NCBI GenBank assembly: GCA_963698385.1
Contig: CAVOQP010000006.1
Coordinates: 880,589-944,588, forward strand
Length of the DNA stretch: 64,000 nt
Source: an uncultured Acidimicrobiia bacterium
Lineage (GTDB): Bacteria; Actinomycetota; Acidimicrobiia; Spongiisociales; JAENVV01
Direction of reading: 5' to 3'
The position numbers and the translations under genes are program-made. Every line of letters begins with the position of its first letter. Positions within the stretch are counted from its first letter, which is position 1. The notes below the pieces were generated by a model. The model did not search any database and had not been told where the DNA came from. It saw nothing but the letters and a program-made list of their open reading frames with translations. This document shows, one piece after another, positions 39,765 through 49,915 of this stretch.

Positions 39765-40853
39765 TCAGGTGCCGAGGAACGTGGCGATGATGTCGAGGAT
39801 CGGTTCACCGTCGAACGCCGTGCCGGGCCCGATCCCGTGGCCGGCCCCGGGGAACGCGTACGCCTCGAACGGCACACCTGCTCCCGACAGCGCATCCATG
39901 AGCTGGACAGCCTGGTCGAACTCGACTGTCTCGTCGGCAGTCCCATGCACGATCAAGACCGGAGGTCCGCCGGCAGCGACTTCGTCGACCTCGGCGAACA
40001 GTCCTCCCCACAGGTCGACGACGCGGTGCACGGGTACGCCGTCGGGGCCGAACCCGACGAGGAGCGCCGTGATCGCCCCGGCCGACGACCCCCCGATCGA
40101 GACCCGATCGGGGTCGACCGAGAGCCGCTCTGCATTGGCCCGCACCCACCCGACCGCTGCCACCGCGTCTTCCACCGCAGCGTCGATAGCCCTGACGAGT
40201 CGTGGCCCGTCCCCGGGCGGCTCGTCGGGGACAAGTCGATAGCTGATCGAGACGCACACCTGGCCCCGTGCGGCCAGTGACCGGCAGACGGCCGAGACCA
40301 CGAGGTCGCCCCGGGTCCCGGTGACGAACCCACCCCCGTGGATGGCGACCAGGGCAGGGCGGTTCGGCGTGGGGTCATCCTCGGGCAGGTAGATGTCGAG
40401 TTCGAGCTCCTTCGTGCCGCCGGCCACCGCCCCTTCGGCATAGACGACATCCCGCTCGACCTCCACTTCGAACCGCGTGGTCACGAAGTCGACACCACCC
40501 ACTGCTGTCGGTTGCTCTGAACTGCGGATCCGTACGTCCGGGGTTGTGAGTACGAGGGACGGGATCGGGGTGCCGGTCGCCACGACGATGTCATCGCCCC
40601 GGACCGCCGCGTCCGCCGCCGCCTGCACGCTGGGGTACGCGGAGGGCACCACCCGGACGCCGTCCACAGCCGGGGTACCGATCGTTGGTGGCGCGACGGT
40701 CGATGTCGTGGTAGCCATCGCGATGGTCGTTGGAGCTACGCTCGGTGTCGTTGTGACCATGGTGGTGCTCGGCGCCTCCTCCACGGCCACGGAGGCACAC
40801 GCCGCCACGACCACGGCGCCCACTACGAGCAGGATGATGCGAGCGTTCGGCAT
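39765..40853 (-). CDS. secreted alpha/beta-hydrolase (esterase/lipase) lipoprotein
   Basis: lipobox VVAAC; HGGGF oxyanion motif, GGSSAG nucleophile elbow, HGTAD. Confidence 0.8.
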   Translation of the reverse strand: MPNARIILLVVGAVVVAACASVAVEEAPSTTMVTTTPSVAPTTIAMATTTSTVAPPTIGTPAVDGVRVVPSAYPSVQAAADAAVRGDDIVVATGTPIPSLVLTTPDVRIRSSEQPTAVGGVDFVTTRFEVEVERDVVYAEGAVAGGTKELELDIYLPEDDPTPNRPALVAIHGGGFVTGTRGDLVVSAVCRSLAARGQVCVSISYRLVPDEPPGDGPRLVRAIDAAVEDAVAAVGWVRANAERLSVDPDRVSIGGSSAGAITALLVGFGPDGVPVHRVVDLWGGLFAEVDEVAAGGPPVLIVHGTADETVEFDQAVQLMDALSGAGVPFEAYAFPGAGHGIGPGTAFDGEPILDIIATFLGT

Positions 40854-40891
40854 GACTGGGCGACACGGTACTGGCGGCAGGGGCTAGTCGA

Positions 40892-41743
40892 TCAGGCAGG
40901 AAGCACCACTGCGTCGAAGTCGTTGGCGACGATGACCTCACCGACGAACCCACCGGATCTGACATCGTCAAGGAACGCCTTGCACTCCGTCTCGGAGTTC
41001 GGTTCGGGGATGAGATGCGTCAGGATGAGTGTTCTGACCCCCAGTTCGGTGGCCTGGCGGCCGATGAGACGGGTGTCGGCGTGGTAATCGAGGATGAAGC
41101 GCCGGGGTCCGGGGAGGGCCCGAATCGAGTCGAAGCGCATCGCCTCATAGACGAGGACATCGGCCCCGTGAGCGAGACGTGCCACCTCGTCACACACCAG
41201 CGTGTCCCCCGAGATGGCCACCACGCCGTCGGGGGTCTCGACCCGGTAGCCGACGGCCGGTGTCAACGGCTCATGCCGGACGGCGCCACCGATCACGGTG
41301 ACCTCGCCGCCACTCCACACCACCGTCGGGTCCCCGGCCACGAACGGCCTGAGGCTGATCTCGGGTCGCGTCGGCCTCCCCGAGTGGGCACTGCGTGCCT
41401 CGAGGTCGGCCTCCCACACATCGAGCATCCGATCGGCGAATCCGACCATCGAGCCGGTGGGGACGATGAGGGGAAGCGGCGGGCACTCGTCGGCCCGGTC
41501 CATCACCCAACGGGTGAGGACGAGGTCCTGCAGGCCGCTCACATGGTCGGAGTGATGGTGGGTGATGCACACGGCGTCGAGGTGTGTCGGCCACAGGTCG
41601 ACGCCGGCCAGGCGCTGCACCACCGATCGGCCAGCATCGAACAAGACAGCCGTGTCGCCATGGGTCACCAAGACAGCTGGCCCGGCCCGGCGGGCCGAAG
41701 GGATCGGGGTACCGCTGCCGAGGATCGTGACGGTCGTGGCCAT
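40892..41743 (-). CDS. MBL-fold metallo-hydrolase (RNase Z/BN-like)
   Basis: ITHHHSDHVSG motif, ISGDT, H at C-terminal region. Confidence 0.7.
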   Translation of the reverse strand: MATTVTILGSGTPIPSARRAGPAVLVTHGDTAVLFDAGRSVVQRLAGVDLWPTHLDAVCITHHHSDHVSGLQDLVLTRWVMDRADECPPLPLIVPTGSMVGFADRMLDVWEADLEARSAHSGRPTRPEISLRPFVAGDPTVVWSGGEVTVIGGAVRHEPLTPAVGYRVETPDGVVAISGDTLVCDEVARLAHGADVLVYEAMRFDSIRALPGPRRFILDYHADTRLIGRQATELGVRTLILTHLIPEPNSETECKAFLDDVRSGGFVGEVIVANDFDAVVLPA

Positions 41744-41823
41744 TGCCCGGGACCCTACTGCCCGGAGTCATTCGTTTTGGGGTCGTTTCAGTTCCTCCAC
41801 CGCGGTGAAGCGACCCCAAGACC

Positions 41824-43389
41824 TCAGGGGGTCTCCTCGAAGCGGCCGCGGATGATGCAGACGCCGCGGCCGTCCCACCCCGAGAACCACAGTTCGTCCC
41901 CCACCGCCTGCCAGTTGGTGAAGTCCGTCCCGCAGTCGAGGGCGTCGATCACGGCGGTTGGGTCGAACGCCTCCCACGTGACACCGTCACCCGAGACCGC
42001 CAGTCTCGTGTTCTGACCCCAGTCGACGCCGAGGAAGTGGTTGCCCAAGGACTGGATCCAGTCCCAGTTCCCAATGCCCTCGAGTTCGGCCCACTCCCCC
42101 TCCACCCTGACGAAGGACTCGTCCATCACCCGGACCAGTGCCCGGCTCGGGGTGGCGACGACACTCATCTGGCCGAGTGGCTCGCCTATCGGGAGGTCCA
42201 CTTCGAGGCCGATGTCGACCCACGTTCGGGCGTCCGTCGACGCCAGAACCCGAACCGAGGAGGGCTCACCGATGTGCCATTCCCGACCGGTCAAGGACAA
42301 GGAGACATCGGGTTGGACGACGATGACCTCCCCCTCCACGACTGCTACTCCGCCTGGAAATGGGGTGAATGGCACGGCCGAGACCAAGTGGAACTCAATT
42401 CCGTCGACCGAGGTCCAGAAGCGCTGTTCGCCGCCGACGGAGAGGATGTGGCCAGCGTCGGAGACCTTCTCGGGGTCCTCTGATAGCGCGTACGCCACAA
42501 GCTGCTCGAAGAGAGGCTCCGCCCCCGGGGGCGAGCGCCAGATGACTTTCCCCAGGGGATGAACGAGCACGGCCACCGCGCTGCTCCCTGAGCCGAGCAG
42601 ACTCAGCGTGCCCATCGGCGCTTCCTGGGCGCAGGAGTCGACAAGGTTCACCGACAACCCGAACTCAGTGGAACGAACACCCTGGACCGCGGGGCACCCG
42701 TAGTCTCCCCAAGCAAGGCCGGAGAACGGTCCCCCGGCGTCGGTGACAAGAAGTTCCTCTCCGCTCGCGAGCGTGGTCAATGATGTGCTCGTTAGCCCTG
42801 TGGTCGACGGCACTCCCTCCAACAGGAGCCATTCGCCGTTCCGCCATCGCCAGGACTCCCAGGGCGCACCCTGGGTCGGCTCGTCCGGGTACCCATATGA
42901 CACGAGCACCACGCCATCGTCCGCTCCGATGAGGCCCGGATTGTGCACCCCATCGGGGATCGAGGGCATGGTGTGCCACTCGACGCCGTCCCCGGACTCC
43001 TCGATCACCCAGCCACCCTCTCGCCCGAAGTCGATCCGGTAGTAGTGCCCCTGCTCGTCGCGGACCTCCGGCAGGACCTGCACAGTCTCCTCTTCATGGC
43101 CCACGACCTCGAAGGTGAGGGTCCCGTCGAGCGTGACAAGGGAGACGGTGTCCCCGCTGACGATGGGTTCGAGCAGGGTTGCGGGAGGCGACGCCGGCTC
43201 AGAGGCTCCAGGCTCCTCGACCGTCGTGCCCGGTGGCACCGACGCCGGCGGGGCAGCAACGACAGTCGACGACGGCGTGGAGGATGCCGGGGGCGTTCCA
43301 TCCCGCATGACCGCCCACGCGACGATTGCGATCAGGGGCAGCAAGGCACCAACGAGCATCCAGGACCGGCTCGTCGGTGACCCGGCCAT
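41824..43389 (-). CDS. secreted BNR/Asp-box repeat beta-propeller protein (hypothetical)
   Basis: N-terminal TM/signal; repeated S/TxDGxxW motifs (GDGVEWHTM, GDGVTWEAF); start uncertain (43389 or 43434). Confidence 0.45.
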   Translation of the reverse strand: MAGSPTSRSWMLVGALLPLIAIVAWAVMRDGTPPASSTPSSTVVAAPPASVPPGTTVEEPGASEPASPPATLLEPIVSGDTVSLVTLDGTLTFEVVGHEEETVQVLPEVRDEQGHYYRIDFGREGGWVIEESGDGVEWHTMPSIPDGVHNPGLIGADDGVVLVSYGYPDEPTQGAPWESWRWRNGEWLLLEGVPSTTGLTSTSLTTLASGEELLVTDAGGPFSGLAWGDYGCPAVQGVRSTEFGLSVNLVDSCAQEAPMGTLSLLGSGSSAVAVLVHPLGKVIWRSPPGAEPLFEQLVAYALSEDPEKVSDAGHILSVGGEQRFWTSVDGIEFHLVSAVPFTPFPGGVAVVEGEVIVVQPDVSLSLTGREWHIGEPSSVRVLASTDARTWVDIGLEVDLPIGEPLGQMSVVATPSRALVRVMDESFVRVEGEWAELEGIGNWDWIQSLGNHFLGVDWGQNTRLAVSGDGVTWEAFDPTAVIDALDCGTDFTNWQAVGDELWFSGWDGRGVCIIRGRFEETP

Positions 43390-43627
43390 GACTACCCGCA
43401 GCCTTCGATGCACTCTGGGAGCACAGCCCCCCACCTATCGACCATCCGATCAGCGTAGGCCCCTCGTCCACCGAGGGAGGTTCGAGCGACGTTGGTCATC
43501 ACAGGGGCGGCCACTGCGTCCCGTGGTCCTTCTTGGAGCCGATTCGCAGTTGACCTGAACGCGAGCTTTCGCCATGAATCCACCCCTGAAGAAGCGGCGG
43601 AGTTCGGTCCGAAGCAGCCTCCGACAA

Positions 43628-43665
43628 GGCAGGGAGGGGAGAGCCGAGGCCCTCCCCTCCCTGCC
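43628..43665 (-). terminator. 14-bp perfect GC-rich hairpin (ggcagggaggggag...ctcccctccctgcc) immediately 3' of SLH-protein gene
   Basis: read directly; 5-7 nt after stop codon at 43671-43673. Confidence 0.5.
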
Positions 43666-43670
43666 TCGGT

Positions 43671-45698
43671 TCAGGGGGTCAGATTCCAGACGCTGTCGTC
43701 GTTGCTGGCGGACTCGTAGGGATTCGACGTCAGGGCGGTGCCGCCACCGCCGTCGATGTCGGGCAGGGTGAGCGCATTCAGCGCGGACTCGAACTGCGAC
43801 CGGGTCTTGGAATCACCCGATACGGCAAACGTGTCGCCGTTGTCGTACGACAGGCGGTACCAGGCAGTTCCTCCGCTCAGCTTCTTCACGTCGATGGTGT
43901 TGGCTCCGGTGTCAACTGCGATGATGTCGTAGTCGGCAGAGCCTCCGATCGAAGGCGCCGCCTCCACCGTGTACACCGTCAGGTTGACCACATCGCCGGC
44001 CGCGACATCGATCGAGGCGTCGTTGCCAACGTCGACCTCGGCGTCCACCGAGTCCTCACCAGGATTGGCCGCGCTGAAGCTGAAGCTGACAACACCGGAA
44101 CTGTCGGTGGTCCCGGTGGTTCCACTGGCGGCGTTGGCACCGGTGACGACCCAATTGACCACGGCGCCGCTGACGGGGGTGCCGAACTTGTCCGTGACGG
44201 TCACCGTCACAGAGTGGTTGCCACCGACGAGGCGGGACCTGGTGGACGCCGACAGAACCGCCGCATCGTCGCGAGGCAGGTCGTCATCCCAGGTGACGGT
44301 GGACGTGTCGTCGAGCTCGGCTGCGCCGTCGTCGACCCCGTCGAGATCCTTGTCCCAGAACACCGTCACATTGTCGGTCACGGCGTCATCGCCGCCTGAC
44401 GGATCCGCTGGACCGGTGTAGGTGTAGGTGGCGATGCCGGCAGAGTTGGTGAGAACTGCGGCCGTCTTCACGGTGGTCGCTCCCCGCACCACCCTGATCT
44501 GGATCGTCTGGTTGGCCAGGGGCACCGTCGCCCCGCCACCGTCGACGAACTTGATCGACAGGCCAGCCGGGGTCCCGAACTTGGCGACCACGTCGGCCGA
44601 GACGATGGCCGCCGGTGGCGGCCCCCAGACCACGTCGAGACTCGCCTTGGTGCGAACGACATCGTCGTCGAAGTTCTCCCCGGACTCACCGATCCAGGCA
44701 AAGACCTTGTCCGTCTCTTGCGTCGTGTTGTGGGTCAGGTTGACCGTGACCACGCCAGATGAGTTGGTCTTGGGATCGTTGTTGTCGATCCTGCAGTCGG
44801 TGCCGGTGCCAGGGTCGCCGTTGTTGAGTTTGGCGTCGGGGTCCACCACGCAGGTGCCGTCGGCTTTGAGCGTCCCCACGAACACGTCCACTGAGATTCC
44901 GGATGCGGCGGTTCCATTGGCGTTGCGAACCGTGACAGTCAGCACGACCGTATCGGTAGTCGAGGCAACACTGGTGCTCGCCACCATCGTGACCGTGTAT
45001 GGCTTGGCCTTGGCCGCATCGAGTTCACGAGCCAGGAAGAGAGCCATCTGGGAGCGAACCACGTCGTTGGCCGGGCTGTACTGGTTCGCACCGGTGCCCT
45101 GGGCGATCCCGAGTTGCGCGAGTTGGTTGATTGCCGTCTGGAGGTTTGCCGGGTAGGTGCCGATATCGGTGAAGCCCTGCGAGTTCCCACTGGGCAGGCC
45201 GAAGCCGGCCCTGGCATGGAGGCGGGTCAGGAACAGCGCCATCTGCAACCGACTGACGGTGGTCGCGGGCGAGTACTGGGTCGCCGTCGTGCCCTTGGTG
45301 ATGCCCAGCTGTGCCAGTTGGTTGATCGCCTTCTGCGCCTCGGCCGACAGACCGCCGAGATCGGTGAAACCCTGACTGACCCCGTCGGGCAGGACGATGC
45401 CGATGTCTTCGGCGGTCCTGATCAGGAACAGCGCCATCTGCACGCGCGTGACCGACTGGCTCGGGCTGAACTTGGTGGCAGAGGTCCCCTGGGCGATCCC
45501 ATAGAAACGGATGCAGTCGATGGCATCGACCGCATCTCTACTCAACCCGCCGAGGTCGTTGAAACCCGAGGCGGGGATGCTGGTTGGACACGCCTCGGAT
45601 GTGAGGGCGTGAGCCGCCGGGGCGGCGATGAGTGTCATCAACATGCTGAACGCGGCGACGGCAACGAGCCGTCGCGAGAACCACGAACGAGCCAACAT
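43671..45698 (-). CDS. surface-layer homology (SLH) domain protein with three N-terminal SLH repeats and C-terminal Ig-like/adhesin-like region
   Basis: signal peptide; three about 55-aa repeats F[NT]D[LI]G...AI[ND]QLAQLGI[TA][KQ]GT...[QY][YF]SP...V[ST]R.QMALFL.R. Confidence 0.8.
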   Translation of the reverse strand: MLARSWFSRRLVAVAAFSMLMTLIAAPAAHALTSEACPTSIPASGFNDLGGLSRDAVDAIDCIRFYGIAQGTSATKFSPSQSVTRVQMALFLIRTAEDIGIVLPDGVSQGFTDLGGLSAEAQKAINQLAQLGITKGTTATQYSPATTVSRLQMALFLTRLHARAGFGLPSGNSQGFTDIGTYPANLQTAINQLAQLGIAQGTGANQYSPANDVVRSQMALFLARELDAAKAKPYTVTMVASTSVASTTDTVVLTVTVRNANGTAASGISVDVFVGTLKADGTCVVDPDAKLNNGDPGTGTDCRIDNNDPKTNSSGVVTVNLTHNTTQETDKVFAWIGESGENFDDDVVRTKASLDVVWGPPPAAIVSADVVAKFGTPAGLSIKFVDGGGATVPLANQTIQIRVVRGATTVKTAAVLTNSAGIATYTYTGPADPSGGDDAVTDNVTVFWDKDLDGVDDGAAELDDTSTVTWDDDLPRDDAAVLSASTRSRLVGGNHSVTVTVTDKFGTPVSGAVVNWVVTGANAASGTTGTTDSSGVVSFSFSAANPGEDSVDAEVDVGNDASIDVAAGDVVNLTVYTVEAAPSIGGSADYDIIAVDTGANTIDVKKLSGGTAWYRLSYDNGDTFAVSGDSKTRSQFESALNALTLPDIDGGGGTALTSNPYESASNDDSVWNLTP

Positions 45699-45844
45699 GA
45701 TTCCTCCGAATCTCTCTTCCCGATGAGACGCAATCGTGAGGGTTCCAGGTTCCCGCCCCAGACAGAATCTTTCCTGGCTGGTCGAGTCCCGCTACCCAAC
45801 AGCCCCCGCCTATCCGGAGCCGCTCGTCGGTGACGCCGCCATGA

Positions 45845-46486
45845 CTACCGCCCGTAGGCCATGACGTGGTCGGGGACCGGGATACCCGGTGCCAGGTTGG
45901 GGGCCGGCTCGGGAGGACCCCAGGCTTGGGTGAGGGGGATCACTCCGGCCCACACCGGCCAGCCGGCGTCCTCATCGTCGTCGGCCCCGGGAGGTCCGGT
46001 CCGGACCTTGGCCGAGGCGTTGTCGATCGGCATCCGCAGGACGGTCGTCGCCTTGACCTCCTTCTCGGTCATCGGGCGAAGGTGCTCGGTGCGCCCCGGG
46101 AGGAGCGCCTCGGTCAGCGCCTCGAGGGCAGCCCACTTCTCCTCGCGGTCGGTGACCTCCTCCATGACGCCGTAGAGGACGACCGAGCGGTAGTTCATCG
46201 AGCTGTTGAATCCCGACCTGGCCAACACCAGGCCATCGAGGAGCGTGACCGTGAGGCAGGCCGGGACACCCGACCGATAGGCGCGAAAAAGCCGCGAGGC
46301 GGGAGAGCCGTGGATGAGGACGTGGTTGCCATCGCGGGCGTAGGACACGGGGATGACGATCGGGTGTCCGTCCTCGACAAGGCCCATGTGGGCAACGAGT
46401 CCTTCGTCGAGGATGGCGTCGATGGTCTCCCGGTCATGGGCACCTCGATGCGGGGCCCGTCGTATCTCGGTGGATGGAGTGGTCAT
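45845..46486 (-). CDS. pyridoxamine 5'-phosphate oxidase-related FMN-binding family protein
   Basis: pattern ETIDAILDEGLVAHMGLVEDGHPIVIPVSYARDGNHVLIHGS typical of PNPOx-like split-barrel family. Confidence 0.6.
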   Translation of the reverse strand: MTTPSTEIRRAPHRGAHDRETIDAILDEGLVAHMGLVEDGHPIVIPVSYARDGNHVLIHGSPASRLFRAYRSGVPACLTVTLLDGLVLARSGFNSSMNYRSVVLYGVMEEVTDREEKWAALEALTEALLPGRTEHLRPMTEKEVKATTVLRMPIDNASAKVRTGPPGADDDEDAGWPVWAGVIPLTQAWGPPEPAPNLAPGIPVPDHVMAYGR

Positions 46487-46550
46487 CTCGCCAGCCTATC
46501 CCCGGTCCCGGCACCCGCCGTGACGGCAGTCCGCCCCCTACGATTCGACA

Positions 46551-47348
46551 ATGTCAGAGATCGGGACGTTGCTCGCCGTCGGCCGCACGGCCGAGGTCTT
46601 CGAGTACGGGCCTGGGAAGGTCGCCAAGGTGCTCCGTCCGGGGTTCGGGGAGCGCCTCATCGAGGTGGAGGAACTGGCCTGCGCTGCGCTCGCGGCTACC
46701 GGGGCGTCGGCCGCGCGCACCTTCGGACGGATCGTCCACGACGGTAGACCCGGGCTCGTCATGGAACGCTTCGACGGCACCGACATGCTGGCCGCACTCG
46801 ACCGACGCCCTTGGCATGCCGGCAGGCTGGCCGAGAGCCTCGCGGTCACCCACGCCGGGATCCACTCGGCTTCTTCCACCGACCTCCCCGATGTTCGAGA
46901 ACTCCTGATCGCCAAGATCGACCACGCGAGCGGCGTGCTCGGATTCACCGAACGAGAGACCGCCAAGGGTCGGGTACGAGCGCTCGCAGGAGGCGACCGG
47001 GTGCTCCACGGCGACCTCCACCCCGGAAACGTGCTCTTGTCGGGGGATCGAGTCGTTCCCATCGACTGGTCCGACGCCACCCGGGGGCCGATCGCCCCCG
47101 ACATCGTGCGGACGCTGTGGTTGCTGTCACCGCCGGTGATCCCGCGAGACCTGCCGAGGCGCCGACTCCTCCTGCTGATCGTCAACCGCTTCCGTCACCG
47201 CTACCAGGCCCACTACGAGCGCTGCACCGGCCTCGACCGGAGGACACTCGCCCCGTGGCGACTCCCCGTCCTCGCAGCTCGCCTCAGCGAGGGCATCGCC
47301 CATGAGGAGGCCGCCCTCGTCGCCGCCGTCCGCGCCCTCGCCCGATAG
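46551..47348 (+). CDS. aminoglycoside/antibiotic phosphotransferase (APH) family kinase
   Basis: catalytic loop HGDLHPGNVL and IDWSDA motif. Confidence 0.75.
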   Translation: MSEIGTLLAVGRTAEVFEYGPGKVAKVLRPGFGERLIEVEELACAALAATGASAARTFGRIVHDGRPGLVMERFDGTDMLAALDRRPWHAGRLAESLAVTHAGIHSASSTDLPDVRELLIAKIDHASGVLGFTERETAKGRVRALAGGDRVLHGDLHPGNVLLSGDRVVPIDWSDATRGPIAPDIVRTLWLLSPPVIPRDLPRRRLLLLIVNRFRHRYQAHYERCTGLDRRTLAPWRLPVLAARLSEGIAHEEAALVAAVRALAR

Positions 47349-47376
47349 CGCCACACACCCCCCGTCAGATGCAGAG

Positions 47377-47400
47377 GTAGACGTAGACGTAGAGGTAGGT
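47377..47400. repeat. hexamer tandem repeat (GTAGAC/GTAGAG/GTAGGT) x4 in convergent intergenic region
   Basis: gtagacgtagacgtagaggtaggt read directly. Confidence 0.6.
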
Positions 47401-47448
47401 GGGCCGCGCACTCCAACGTCCCTCGAACGGCCGCCAGGCCGGATCCTC

Positions 47449-48477
47449 CTAGATCACGCCCGACGCCACTCGCTCCTTGGCGATGTGGATCGCCATCTCC
47501 TCGGGGAGGATCCCTTCGAGATGGGCCCTTTCGAGCAACTCCGCCACCGTCTCGCCGATCGCGACGACCCGGCGATGCACCCGCTCGGGGTCGATATCTC
47601 CGTCCAACTCGTCGGCAACGTCGATGAGGCCGCCGGCGTTCGCGATGAAGTCGGGGACGTAGAGGATGCCGCGTGATGCGAGGCGCCTGGCATCGTCCTC
47701 AGAGGCCAGTTGGTTGTTCGCCGAACCGACCACCGCCCAGCATCCCAGCTGGGGAATCGTCGCCTCATTGAGGATCGCCCCGATGGCACAGGGTGAGTAG
47801 ACGTCAACCCGCTCCCGGATGGCGCTAGCCAGCGGGAGGGGCTCGATGTCGTGGGCCACGACCATTGCTTTCACCGCTTCTGGGCGGATGTCAGCCCCAA
47901 AGACCTTGGCACCTTCGGCGGTGAGTAACTCGATCAGGACCCGGCCCACCGAGCCGAGCCCGCTCACCATCACGGAGGACTCGCTGATCTGCTTCCCCAT
48001 GGTGGCGAGAGCGGCCCGGATGGATTCGAGCACGCCGAGCGCCGTCCACTTCCCCGGGTCCCCCGAACCATGGGAGGTGCCAACGACATGGCTGGTGACT
48101 TCGCTCATGATGTCCACGTCGGCGGTGGTGATGTTCATGTCCTCGGCGGTGATATACCGGCCGTCGAGCATCTCAACGCGCGTGGCGTAGGCCCGCAGCA
48201 GTTCGGGCGTCTTGGTGGCGGGGTCACCGATGATGATCGCCTTGCCTCCCCCGAGCGGGAGTCGGGCCATCGCCGCCTTGTAGCTCATCCCCTCGGAGAG
48301 CCGCAGGACGTCGTCGAAGGCGGCTGCCTCCGTCGGGTAGTCGTAGAAGCGGGTCCCCCCGAGGGCTGGGCCAAGCCGGGTCGAGTGGATCGCGATCACG
48401 GTGCGCAACCCGGTCACCTTGTCCCGGAAGACGTGCACCTCCTCATGCCCCTTGGTGCGCAGGACATCGAACAGCAT
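47449..48477 (-). CDS. ldh: leucine (branched-chain amino acid) dehydrogenase, Glu/Leu/Phe/Val dehydrogenase family
   Basis: GGGKAII (catalytic Lys region), Rossmann GLGSVG; 343 aa. Confidence 0.8.
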   Translation of the reverse strand: MLFDVLRTKGHEEVHVFRDKVTGLRTVIAIHSTRLGPALGGTRFYDYPTEAAAFDDVLRLSEGMSYKAAMARLPLGGGKAIIIGDPATKTPELLRAYATRVEMLDGRYITAEDMNITTADVDIMSEVTSHVVGTSHGSGDPGKWTALGVLESIRAALATMGKQISESSVMVSGLGSVGRVLIELLTAEGAKVFGADIRPEAVKAMVVAHDIEPLPLASAIRERVDVYSPCAIGAILNEATIPQLGCWAVVGSANNQLASEDDARRLASRGILYVPDFIANAGGLIDVADELDGDIDPERVHRRVVAIGETVAELLERAHLEGILPEEMAIHIAKERVASGVI

Positions 48478-48617
48478 GGCTCGCCTCTCTGGTCTCTGGC
48501 AGTCACCGCCAAGCCTATCCATGCGGCATACACGCATCTTTCCGGCAACGCTGAGCGCTCCCGGCAGGAGTGGCGCGCCGAGTTCGGAAAGGGACCGAAC
48601 CGTTAGGCTCCTCGCTC

Positions 48618-49250
48618 ATGCTCGTCTCCGTGGAGGATCTCGTCGTCGTTCGCGGTGACACACCGGTCCTGCAGGGCGTCTCCCTCTCGCTCGGGCCGGG
48701 CGAATCGCTTGGGATCGCCGGCCACAACGGCTCGGGCAAGACCACACTCCTGAGGGTCCTGGCCACCCTGCTGCGACCGACATCCGGCATCGTGCAGATC
48801 CTCGGGAAGGACGCGACAGACAAGGATGCGCGACTGGTTCGACCACGGATCGGGATGGTCGGCCATGTCCCGGCCCTGTCGCCGCACCTCACACTCGGCG
48901 AGAACCTCCGTTTCGCGGCGACCCTCGGTGGGATCGATACCGCGTTCGTGCCGGAAGCGCTGGCCATGGTGGGTCTCGGACGAGCAGGTGATCGACTCGC
49001 CGGGAAGGCATCCCAGGGGATGGGTCGGCGGGCGGACCTCGCCCGCATCGTCCTCACCCAGCCGACGCTTCTCCTCCTCGACGAGCCATTCGCCGGCCTC
49101 GACGCCCACGCCACCGGGATCATCGGGGCCATCATCGAGCGCACCGTCGCCCGCGGCGGCGCCGTGGTGGTGGTGTCGCACGAGCCCGCCCGGGCCGCGA
49201 CGGTGGTCGATCGCACCATCACGCTGGAGAACGGGAGGTTGGTCCCATGA
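48618..49250 (+). CDS. ccmA: heme exporter ATP-binding protein CcmA
   Basis: Walker A GHNGSGKTT, Walker B LLLLDEPFAGLD; first gene of ccm cluster. Confidence 0.8.
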   Translation: MLVSVEDLVVVRGDTPVLQGVSLSLGPGESLGIAGHNGSGKTTLLRVLATLLRPTSGIVQILGKDATDKDARLVRPRIGMVGHVPALSPHLTLGENLRFAATLGGIDTAFVPEALAMVGLGRAGDRLAGKASQGMGRRADLARIVLTQPTLLLLDEPFAGLDAHATGIIGAIIERTVARGGAVVVVSHEPARAATVVDRTITLENGRLVP

Positions 49251-49915
49251 CGTTCTGGCGTCAGGCCTTCGCCATCACCCGTCGCGACCTCCTCGCCGAA
49301 GGACGAGCCGGGGACGTGCTGTGGATCGTCATCCCCTACGGGGCGCTCGCCGTCTTCCTCTCCCCCATCGCCCTCAATTCGTCGAGGGCGATCCTCAGCG
49401 AGATCGGGCTCGGGCTCAACTGGCTCATCGTCCTGCTCTTTGGCATGTTCGTGACCTTCCGCCGCTCCGCCCAGGCAACCGCGGCTGAGTCGGACATGCT
49501 GGCGCTCATGCTCGGCGACCCGGCGTCGTCCTTCCTCGGACGAACCGTGTCCTCGACGGCCCTCCTCCTTGCATTCCAACTCGTCATGACGCCCCTGACC
49601 ATGGGGCTCTTCTCCCCCGCACCACCGCGCTCATGGGCTGCGTACGCGGGTGTGGCGGCACTTGCCGCACTTGGACTCGGCATGATCGGGACCATCGCCG
49701 GGTCGCTCGTGGCGGGGACCGGGGCGGGGACCGCCCTCGCCCCGCTGCTCACCGGGGCGCTCAGCTTCCCGCTGCTCGTGGGCGCGGCCATCTCCACCGA
49801 CCGGTTGACCGGGGGCGACAGTATCCTCGCCCCCGTCGCACTCCTTGCCCTCGTGGACGTCGCAGTCCTCACGGCCGGGGTGTTGACCTCCCGCCCGCTC
49901 GAGGAGACAGCGTGA
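49247..49915 (+). CDS. ccmB: heme exporter permease CcmB
   Basis: ATGA overlap with ccmA; six TM helices; position in ccm locus. Confidence 0.75.
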   Translation: MTFWRQAFAITRRDLLAEGRAGDVLWIVIPYGALAVFLSPIALNSSRAILSEIGLGLNWLIVLLFGMFVTFRRSAQATAAESDMLALMLGDPASSFLGRTVSSTALLLAFQLVMTPLTMGLFSPAPPRSWAAYAGVAALAALGLGMIGTIAGSLVAGTGAGTALAPLLTGALSFPLLVGAAISTDRLTGGDSILAPVALLALVDVAVLTAGVLTSRPLEETA

